This document shows, piece after piece, positions 40,056 to 52,000 of a stretch of DNA of 64,000 bases (within the stretch, counting starts at the first letter, position 1; every line of letters starts with the position of its first letter). Below the pieces are notes generated by a model. It saw only the letters and a program-made list of their open reading frames with translations, did not search any database and was not told the origin of the DNA. Source of the stretch: Camelus ferus (lineage: Eukaryota). The position numbers and the translations under genes are program-made. The stretch lies in NCBI RefSeq assembly GCF_009834535.1, contig NC_045696.1, positions 12,774,001 through 12,838,000 of the forward strand, given 5' to 3'.

Positions 40056-43000
40056 CTGCAAAACAAAATCCACGAGTATACTTACAAACTCAAGCTTCAG
40101 AGTGAAGAGAAAGAGTATTTTTCTAGTAGCTTAATTCAGTACTAAGCAACCATCGCCAATGAGCAATCTGTTACACACTGCATACGAAACACTAGCATAA
40201 TGTTTGTTAGCTTCCAGCAGTGACACTTTTCTGCTTTTGTGGACATCAACGGCAACTTAAAACTCACGCACATGACTGAAGGGCATTCTAAAACACGCAA
40301 TTCAACAACCCAGCGAGCTCAATGTGAAAAATATTTGCATGCATCACTGGTATAAATCAGTCAGTTTGGCACCTGATTTGCTTTTTATATATGAGATTCA
40401 TCTTGCCAACCATCTTTATCCCAATTTCCTTGTGGTTTAGGAGCTTTAGGTCCACCTGCCAGTTTTGCCATTATAATCTAAAATGGTCAATACATAAACA
40501 TATCAACACTGAAATTTTCTAATACCTGTAAATGAGAACCATTCAAGTGCAGGAAGTATGTGTTCATAAACAAACAAACAAAAAAAAAAATCCAAGCACC
40601 TAACTGCCTGGAAACTCACATGCCAGAAGCCTCTAATTTATCTAGAATGCACTAACCCAGCATTTTCCAAGTATGACCACTTAGCATTTTTAAAGAATTT
40701 ATGTTTGGGCCAAAAAAAGGGGAGGGTGGTAGCAGCTTTGGGCTCAAATAAATTTGGCATAAGTTCAAGTTAGTTGGCTTTCCTCAAAGAATTCTCAAAT
40801 TCTGATATACACACTGAATCTCAAAAACAGATAGTATTCAGTGCTTCTCAAATGTATGATTAAGAGATCTTTCTGTATAACATCAAGGGGCTTAGCTTTT
40901 GTCTGAAACACCACAAACCGAAAAATATCTTCACCACCACCTTCAATGGATTTCCTACCCCCTTTAAGAAGCTTCTTTCTTTCCTTAAACCTAAACCTGA
41001 AATTCTTCGAATAACATTTTAGCAACTGAGGGTAAATTCAGGCTGAATTAAAGGCATTATGTATAATTTTAGAACCTAAGTATAGTTCAAGAAAAAAGTA
41101 CCTAAAACAACAGTTATCAAACTTTAGTGGGCATCATAATCACCTGCAGGGCTTATTTAAAAAAGACTCTGGGCCTCTCTCCAGTTTCTGACTCAGTGGA
41201 TCCTGGACTCTATTTTTAACAAGTACTTAGGTGATGTTGACACTACTGATTTGGGGACAATTTGAGAACTAGTGAAGTAAGCACTTGAAGAAAGATTAAT
41301 CCAGCCCTACAACACTGTCCAGTGCTTAAAACTTGATGTACAAGTCCCTTTTCAGAATACATACAATACAAAATTAGGTACCACTATCTTAGAGTACAAG
41401 TTCATTATAGTAATACAAACTGGTTAATAAGTCAGATGGGGTCTTCAGATACGTTATTTTGCACACAGAGTGCCAAGGGCACCTAACAATGAACATTCTC
41501 CTAGGGTAAAACAAAACAGAGCCCTCTCAATTTAAAATCAAAATTCAGAAGCACCTGTGTGAGCAGGGCACTCAGTTATTAACAATATTGTCTTGCTTGG
41601 ATAACAGTCAAAAAGTTCCTTAGGAACTTCCTCCATTACAATTTCTGTTTACTGCTTGCTTCAGTCTACTTAGCTTCTCCTGTCTCCTTCTATTTTTGGT
41701 CCTCCTTTTTATTCTTAGCCACATGTTAACTTACAGAATAAACATTTCATTAAAGCTCCCATTATCCTTGTTTAAAACTCGAAAAACATACTCTTTCCAC
41801 TAAAAGCTATCTAATACACTGACATAAAAACACCCTACTAATAAATTCAGTACATGGACACCTGGCTTCTGTTTGATTATCTCCAGTGAGTTTGAACTGG
41901 ATCTACAGTTCCATTTTTCATCATCTCACCTAGTAAAAAGTTCTTCCTTTACTGAAACGAAATTTATTTTGCTGTAATTACAACCAACCGGTCCTTACTA
42001 TGCTGAGAGTAAGTCTAATTTCCTTTCCACTTCTATTTAAAATTTGCTTCTCCCAGGATTAACTTGGTATGATTTTCATTTAATGGATTTATACTGTGTC
42101 CCTATAGCAATTAAAATTTTCTACTAAGTATTTAAAAATAATTCATTTTTAAATAATCCTTTCTAGAATTTTGTAGGGAACTAGATTTCAGTAACTTTAC
42201 TAGAAAACACATTTGGGACCATTAAATAAGGGCTGCTTGCACACAAACACCACAATACCATGAGAGTGAATCTGACAACTGAAATGGCTGTGTCCTGGAC
42301 AGGCAGCGTACACACAGGGCTATGCCAGACACAGGGACGACTCATGTCTTGGAGCAGGATGACGCGAGATTTCATCATGCTAGTAAAGAGTGGCACATAC
42401 GTAAAACTTATGAATTATTTATTTCTAGGGTTTTTCACTTAATATTCTTGGACTATGGTTGACTCGTGGGTAAGCTGAAACCACAGGAAGCAAAACCACT
42501 ATACTGTAGTCTGCAATTTCTGCTTTGGGCTCTATGGCCCTTCCACATTCCATATTAATATTACACATTAGACTTCCTCTCCAGATTACTTGTACAAAGG
42601 GATTCTTAGGCTAGAAAGTCTTAAAAACTATGACTCTAAATCAGATTTGTTTTCCCCATTCCAGTTCCCAAATGGCAAAGGATTCTTTCACTGGAAAGAT
42701 CTTCATTTTTAAATTGGCTGAAATACATTCAATACTATATTTCTATAACAGAAGAAAAAAAATACAAATTCTCTTTTTTTGGGGGGAGGGCATTTCACTT
42801 TGAATAGAACAAAAACCGTGCTATGTTCTAGTTCCATGAGAATATACTTTACACTATATAAAAATCAGTGTTTTTAAAGATCAAACTCTCACTTCTCACT
42901 CACCTGATCCACCCTGAGTACAGTGACGGCAGCATTAGTGGCCAGCTTAATAGCCCAGTATTTTCCCAGGTAAGTATCCAGAACACCAGCTTCCAACATG

Positions 43001-46000
43001 TCCTTCACAGCAGGAACTTCAGCCTGTCAACACAAAACTATCTTCATTCCTTCATGTTAAGTGTTTATGTGAAAATATTTATACTCAGTAATAGAAACAC
43101 ATGGCTACTTAAATAAAACTAGAACAAGTAGCCAGGAAAAAGCACTATCCTATATACACTATAAAACAAACTTGAATAAAACAGAAGGAAAACTAACATT
43201 CTCTGTTGGACAAACTATATAAAAGCTAATTGTTATGAAAATCATTTGCTTACAAATCAGAACATCTGATTTTCCTTTCAAGCCTATATGTATATTTTTA
43301 AGTTGTGGATTCCCAAAACAAAATAATCACAGAGTTCCCCTCCCCTCCAAATACCTCAATATCTAATCCAACATTTTTATTTCCTTCTTGATGCACTGCA
43401 TAAAGTTTAGAGATTACTTCATTGGCCTTAACTCCAGAGTTTTCTGCCAGTGCCCGGGGAATAGCTTCAAATGCCTCAGCAAACTTCTTAATGGCATACT
43501 GTTCAAGTCCAGGGCATGTCTGAAACAAAAATGTGATTACTGAATTTTATTCAAGCAATGACAAGAACTCAGTTTATACAGAGAAAGCCATATACCTCTC
43601 CATATGACGTGATCTGTTTGGCTAACTCAATTTCTGTCGCTCCACCTCCGGGTACAAGACGTTTATCCTGCAACATGTAGTTTAAAAAAAAAAGTCACTA
43701 AGAAGCAGTTTCCACTTTCCTCATCTTTTTAGATTGTAGTACTCCACCAGACTAGTTTATAATCAATTACAAGTTTTATAAAATTCAAATTCCATTTACA
43801 AATTCCGTAAAAATGGAGTGCTTTGGACAGTTTTAATGCACATAATGTCTGGTATGTGAAAAAGGACCAAAGACAGGAATGGGACCATCACTGCACATTA
43901 TCTGTATTTCCACAGATGCAGCATTAACGACAGTGCTGAAGCAACTGAAGGTACATACATCATCACAACTGAAAACTACCATAAACTATCTTTAAAATAG
44001 TTAAAAAAAAAAAAAGACCTTGATTTGCTGTTTATTCCTTTGCATATTTCGTTTTAGAAAACTATCATATTCATCAGCAATGGACATTTAAATGCAGTCT
44101 TAAGAAAAAAGGTGCTTTGCTTTACATAAGCCATTGATTTTTTCATTTTGAAATTCTAAGAATGTTCAGCAGGCTGCCAGCCGTGTTTCTGAGGACTTAC
44201 AAATTAAGGCTACTGCTAATACTGACCCTTGTGAGAACTTTGAAGGTATTAACACCATCATCTACAGCCCTTTCTACATCATCCATCAGATTGTCTGTAG
44301 AGCCTCGAAGCACTATGGTAGAAATGGCACCATCTTCCTTTTCTGTTAATAAATTACATATATTTGGAAATTAATGAAAGAAAACAAACACCCCACACTT
44401 CACATACTACATATATCTTACCATTACTACTTACCATGCTTAAAAACCACCACTTGTGTATCTCCAACCTCTGAGAGGTAAACACTGTCACAACGCCCCA
44501 TTTCTTCAAGGACAGGAGGAGTCTGTGAGAAAATGACTCTTGTAATAAAAATAGTTCAAATAGGTTCAGCTACCTTTTAATACCCAGAACACATACCAAT
44601 CTAGGAAGAGCTGTTGCACCAACTGTTTTACATAGTCTTCTGAGATCCCATTTTGAGTTCAGCCTTTGAAAAAAAACAAAGACCTTAATAGATGTTTTAT
44701 TTCCATGAGATATCACAGTAAAATGCAGAGATTAAACAGGAAACTGTACACTGGGCCCCAATTCACATTCTTTTAACCCTGACGGTTCAAGCTCAGAATA
44801 GGTCTGGACTGCACTGTGCCAATCCAGTCACAGGTGTTTATGGCAGTAATCTAAAAATTGGGAGCGTTCAAGTCTCCATAGGATGTCAAGCTTATAGTTC
44901 TAAAACACTAAGGAACCCTGGTACATAGGACATTTTTGCTTTACTTTGGGCAACTGTGTTTTGTAAGAAAGCAAACAGCGATTTACTCTGCATGTCATAC
45001 TAGGTTATAGGACAGGTTGGAATGCGTATGGATTTAAAGTTATGTTCCTGACCCCACACTCTAGCTGACAGTGTGTATCAGGCTTGTGTCTGGTCTCTTA
45101 GGCTTTTCCTCTTGCCTGGAATGCTCTTCCCTCTTCAATTAACATCTGTTGACTGGTCCGTCAGCTCTCAGTCTAAATAAGTCTTCTCAGAGGTGCTTCC
45201 TGTCCCCGTAGATCAAGTTAAGTCCTCTTGCTATGTGATCTAATACGTTATATACGTTCCCCATTAACAGTCCTCATGGTGTGCTGAATTTGTCCAGTGT
45301 TTCACCACCCAAAAGCTATTTACAATCTAGGTTAACAGAATGCATCTCTCTCTTACCTCACCAACATGATATTGTATTTGTTTGCGTAATGAAGAGCCAT
45401 GTCTGCCACTTTGCCACCTGTTACTACGACGTTTGCACCAGTATCAGCGATCGCTTTGACTTGCGCATCCATGAGATTCTCTTCTCCCTTACTGAAGTTC
45501 ATCAGTTCTTCAGCAGTCTTTATCAATACAGTTCCCTAGCAAAACAAGCAAGGATTTTCTTTAAAAGCCATCTCACACTCTGGTGTTCAAAGTCACAGAA
45601 TAACATTTTACTGAAGAAATAACTTAAAAGATCTGGGAGGAAACATGAAGATAAATATGCACATATTACAAAGCAGAATACAAAAATCTATGGAATTAAC
45701 AGAAATTCTGCTCACTCCTAGATCAACTCTCCCCCAAATCCCAAAACTGATACATCTGCTCTCTGACAGGCACTTTGGTGGAAAAACTGGAGAAGTACTG
45801 CACTTTTAGATACACGAGGCAGGTGTCCCGGCATGTGTGTTTTGATAAATGTCAACTAGTACCAAAGCAACGTTGTGGGTCTCAAACATCTTCTAAACTG
45901 TGGACTAAATGACCAGCTCCATCCCTCACCCCAAGCCTGTGAAACTATTAAAACCATCAAGAACTCAGACTTCAAAAACCGTAGGGATAAAATCAGCAGT

Positions 46001-49000
46001 GACCTATAAACGTATATATCAAACTTCTTAAAATGTATTTTTAAAAACAAACTTCAAATTACAAGTTATTAACTTCAAAGTACATTAGCATGTTTCTGTT
46101 TTAGGATGCTACAGAATTTCAACATTTTAAAAAATATTTTAATGAACAGCACAAACACTTATATTCTCTTCAGTGAACATTTAACTTGCTCAATGTGTAA
46201 AACTAGAAGTCAACAGCTGTATATTAGTATATAAACAATACTGCCACCACCAAATGTTTCAAATTTTTATTTCCTATTTGAATTAGATATTCAAACACAA
46301 GTCTGATTAAAAACACATAACCCTGCAGTTTTCAATAACTATGTAGTATCCACTGGTTTAAGAGTAAACTCTACCTCAAAACTTACTTTAGAATCACAGA
46401 ACTACCTGAAAAAGCAACCTCAAATTTTTACTACTTCAAGGTTCTGAAACCTACATACCTTAGTTTCCGTTATCATGCCATCAAAAGGACAAGAGTACAC
46501 TGCTATTTTTGCATCTTTGACAGATGTTATATCACCTTCAGTTTCCTTCTTAAAAACCATGCCATGCAATACTGAAGAGGAATAGACACCAGAGCCCTAA
46601 AAAGTCGGGTAACAAAATCACCAATGATTTCATGAAAATAATATCAGGGCTAAGTTACTGATTCTGCATGCACCAAAAAATATTTGTTTTTAAATAAGGT
46701 AAAACACCAAGGTGGTAACTCCTGGGGATGAGTAGGGTGGTGGACACAAAGCACAACAGTTTGCTCAATGAAGGAATCACTGTGGGAATGAGCCACTATT
46801 ATAGTTGGGGGTCCTTCAGTGTATGGGAAAGAATCAAAGCCAGAGAACAACTGCTCTAAGCCATTCATTCACCCAGTAGTTGGTGCTAGTGTACCAGGCA
46901 AAGCCAGTCCTGGGGACAGAACAGAGATCAGAGCCAAATTTCTGATCTCACAAGCTTACCATGTACTGGGGAAGGGGAGGTAGGATATGGAGAAAGTCAG
47001 AAAACACAAAGCATATGTATAAACACACACACACTTATAGCTAACAGTTACTCAGGCTAAACTCAACTACATTAACTTAATTATCACGTATCAATGCATA
47101 GCACCACTAAAATGACAAGTTTTACTGTATCAAGCACAGACATTTTTATTAAAACCATACTCTTATTTCAGTACTAAAATTAAAAGTGTGAATTTTATTA
47201 TTATAGAGCAACAGAACAATTTCCATCTCATTCAAAACTGCCTTCTAAGCTGACTGTTATAAGTCAGCATATACAAAGAATGCAAAGTTACTGTTTATGT
47301 ACTATTCTCAACCTTCCAGCTGTCATGGAAAAATGATTTAACAAGATAATACATTGATGTACATTTAAATTTAGTAGTAGTATTACAACCTAGCAATAGA
47401 GATCCAAAATGTCACAATGAAAGCAGAGAGTCCTAAGTGTCTAAGACCTACAAGGCAAAATTTAGATTAACAGATTTGTTTTTTGGGGGGTGGGGAATTG
47501 AACATATGTAAGTAACATAAATGCATTTTCTAAACTTACCAAAATCTTACAAATTCTGATGTTATCAACATTGAAATGGCCGGAATCAGGAAAAATAGAT
47601 ACTGTTAAGAAAACAAGATGTGTCAAAGATGTACCGGAATAAAAGAGATAACATCTTAATCACATTAAGACACTTTTATTTTGGATCTTCTCATTTACTG
47701 ATATTTACTCACCACACGCCTGAGCAATAAGCTTGGCCAGAAACACTTCATTACCATACTGTTTACTCATCACAGACGTATGAAGCAGAGATGCCACTTC
47801 GTCAACATCCCGAAGATTTTTTGCAGAACAACATACTAAGTCAGGAAGAATCTCATGGGCTTTCCTGCAGGCTATTTCATAACCTTCTATGACCTTAAAT
47901 GTAAAGAGCAAAAACGTTTCTTCTAAAGACATAATTTTGACATAACTTAGTGTAGCTTATTTTGGTAACCCAGTGAATACGGTATTTACTTTCAATATAA
48001 AAAGACATAGCATACATCCAGAGTAACATTCACAGCAGAGCCTGCTAGTTAAGAATGCAGGCTTTGGAGACAGCATAAATTTGAATCCTGTCACTTACTA
48101 GCTACTTGAACAAGATTTTTCTACTTAAGACTCACTTTTCTTATCCAAAACAAAATGGGATTAATTTAATAGGCCTCACTCATAAAGTTCTTGTAAAGAA
48201 AGAATGAGATACCGCACGTTAAGCATATGCACTACAATGCCTGGCACAGAGAAGACTGCTCAATATTAGCTATTACACCACAGTAATGACTTTTATTTAA
48301 ATTTGAAACAATAGGTACATATACACAGGCAAAAATAAAATAAGAGTATAACACAAACACTTGCCTCTGAAACTGACAGGCCAATTCTCAGCAGCTCTTC
48401 AGCTAACTCCAGAAGAGCTCCAGCAAAAACCAGAACAAAGTTTGTGCCATCCCCAACCTCCTGCTCTTGCATGTGAGAGGCCATTACTATCATTTTTGCA
48501 GCAGGATGCTGGACCTGGTAGAAGGGGTATGAATTTAAATACCAAGTTAAAAATTTGATCTCCCAAGCAATATAGAATTGTTCATTTCCATTTGTTCTTA
48601 AATTAATAGACTCCAATCTCCCTGTGGGCCAGGTGATGACACTGCTACACACTACTTACAGTGTGGTCACCAGAAGACAGTCCAAGTCCTCCTATGTCTA
48701 TCAGCACAAAAGCATCACTATATATAAAAATAACTTCAATGGTCACTTTTTTAAATGGTCAAACATCCAGTATGTACATCTACATATGTAAAGTTTAGAA
48801 CATTATTGTATTTTCACTAAATAAAAAAACAAAGTAATTCCAACCATTATATCTAAGGCATTTCTTAAAAAAAGGCTTCAGAAGCGCTAAAATAGATGAC
48901 ATTTAACTTGGTCAACAAGTCTCAAGTCTATGTATATTCCCATCATAAGGGGTTATCAATTACGATTTTAAAAAAGAGGGATACAAAATATTTCCTAAAA

Positions 49001-52000
49001 AAAAGTGTATCAAAACTTTAAATGGTCTTTCCTTAGGAGTTAGATGCTTTTTAAGAAATAAGGAGTAACAACTGACAGGAGTGAGAACAAAAAAGCTGAC
49101 ACTACAGTTTGTTATGAAGACGGTCTCCCTGTCATATTTGAGTAACATATGTCCTGAGAACATCACAGACTACAGCATTAACCTTCACCGTGACAAGTCC
49201 CTCCACAAATACTTAGTAGAATTAAATTTGCTTTGCTCAACATTATTAAAGATTATAACCTATCTGTAGAGTTTTGTTTAAAAGGATTAAATTCTGGTGC
49301 TTTAAGAGCTAAGTTCAGGGAAACTCCAGGAGGTGGAACATATCCTCCAATTACAAAGCAGCTGGCTGAGGAATGGTTGTGTGTGTGTGTTCAGATGCCA
49401 GACTGCCCTCCTCACTCTGCTGGCATTATCTATTCTGCAGACTCTATAACATCAACACTAGCAGGTGAACAAAATTCCACCAACTGTTTTATTTTCACAA
49501 AGACAAACAAATGGTTTAAAAGAGAAACAAAAAACCACTATTTTTAAGAACCAGTTGTTTCTACATAATGCAATAATTTACTCTAGCGTCATTATGTAGA
49601 ACAAAACAACATTCAACATGATATGATTATAAGCAAATATACTTTTATCACAAGTCTCTAGATAAATTAGTAATTTAGGAGGTTTTCTTTAATTTGAGTT
49701 GCTAGAATGTTACACATAAAGAGGACTATAATTAGGAAAATCTGTATAATAAATTGTCAAGCTGGGGGGAAAAACCATTATTATCCAGTCTGAAATAAGA
49801 GGTTTCTTTACGTTAAAATATACTGAATTTCTGCTGTCACCAAAACATTTCTTGGCTTAAAACAAAAACAAAAACTTACTTCTAGCTCTCTTAAAATAGT
49901 TGCTGCATCATTTGTCACAAACAACTTCTCCAGGTGGTTGATAACCATTTTGTTCATTCCTTAAAAATAAGTTAGAAAAAGAAACCCACTATGATTCAAA
50001 CCCTTCTCCAAATACCCCAGGGAAATCTAGTCAAGAAATGTAACTGTATCCATTCCTTAAAATAACTCTGTGAGAACTCAACACATACTATCTATTCTCT
50101 AAGATGAACTCATAGCCCTACTGCTTTCCCTGATTGCACAGCTGTATTATTTCTTCCCCTTTTAATCTATTACATTGTTTACTAGGGAGGATGCCAATTT
50201 TGGCACATTTTTATTTGATAAATACAAATTATATTAACATGTGCAAAGACTAAAATAATCTACTTAAAAGTATATTTACTTTTTTGCTTATTCCATAAAT
50301 CTGTTATCAAGTAATTCAGTTGATGGTAGGAGGCAAGAGAAAATTCTTCTCCGTTAAATTATTACATAAGTTCATGTAAAAGAACTTCCACATCTGTAAC
50401 AATAAACATTACATACTATCTCAATGGGGAAAGCACTGTAATTTTTCTACCCTCTCAATATGACAAAAAGTAACATTCTGATTCCCACTTTTCTAAAAGG
50501 ATCTGAATTGCTGATTAACGATCACTGTACTGGTGTCACTGAACTATGAATTTTCAAAGCCATACTGCATTATGGCTAACTCTCAATTTACATATAACAT
50601 CCCCAGAATAAGTCTGAAAGAGCTAGTACACAAAATTCTCTTATTGTACCTCTGAAAACATGAATTAAGAAATTACCATTAGGCCCATATGCTGTACGAG
50701 TTGTCTGAGCCAGCTCCTTGCAAGCCTGTATATTCCTGTACACAGCCTCTTCTAATCCTGAAAAATGCTGTAAAAGAAAACTTCTGATTAGACAGGACAG
50801 TGAAACACAGTAATTCTTCATCTGTAAAATGGGATAATAAAATAGTACTTGCCTCAGAGGACTGTTAAGACTATTAAGCAAGACTTATGTCTGTAAAGCA
50901 TGGTGATTGGTATTCACAAATGATCCAGAAATGTACTCACTATTTGAACGAATAAAAAATGACATTTTTAGGGACCATGGGTACCTACTTACACATTAAA
51001 ACACAAAGCCGGTAATTTTTTAAAATGTAGTGAAAACTGCAAGGGAAGAGTGCTAACACTGATTAAAGAAGGCATATGAGCTATTACAGAGAAAAATACC
51101 TTTTTAGAGATTATCAGTACTTTCAAAAGTTGAACTGCGGTATGAATATTTGCTGTGTTAGAACCTGAGCACTGTAAAGCCAGCAGTTCTATATTCACTG
51201 GGAAGTAATGTATCTGTCCCATAAATGTTTAGGGACTAAAGCACACAGATTCTGAACACTCTCTTGCAACTGCAACACAATTCCAACATGTACATACTGA
51301 AAATGCTCAATTACTCACAGTACTAAAATTCTCAAATTTTACCCTGGACTTCTTTTAGTCTTGGAATTTAACTGTGATCTCAAGATAACTTTCAAGAGCC
51401 AACTGTTCACGTGAACATTTTTCTAGAGCTGCTTTGCCCAATATAGTAGCCACTAGCCACAAATGGCTATTTAAATTTTAAGCAATTAAAGTTAAAAATT
51501 CATTTCTTCAATTACACTAGGCACAGTTCAAGTGCCCAGAAGTTACATGTGGCTAATGGATAGCATATACCGAACATTTCCAGCATTGCAGAAACAGACA
51601 ACACTGTTACGAAGTGTAAGGAGTGTCTTTTTAATAGTCATAAAAGGGACTGTGATCCAAACAAGGTTAACAATCACTGCTTTTAGAAGTGTTTTCAGAG
51701 CCACAGGTTGAACTCCAGCATTTAGTCTGACCTTCTGCCTTACATCATTGTTTTCCTCTACCTCCGTTCTCTGAAGAAGTCACCTCTGATCATAAATCAG
51801 ACCCTATCAAACCCTTCAACTATTTCCCATCACTCTTAGGATAAAATGTAAATCCCTTGTCAGGGATACAAGCCCCTGAACACTCTAACTCTGACCTACT
51901 GATATAAATTCATCTCTTACCATTTCTGTCTTCCTTTGGTAAGCTTCAGCTTCATCACCTTTCTCACTGTTGTCTTTTAAGAGGTCAAAGTCATTCCATC

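Noticed and set aside
40385..40477. Reading the duplicated CCT8 segment as a retrocopy or assembly duplication
   Set aside because: Similarity begins exactly at an AG acceptor, there is no poly(A) or TSD, and differences at conserved residues are synonymous, whereas an assembly artefact would be near-identical.
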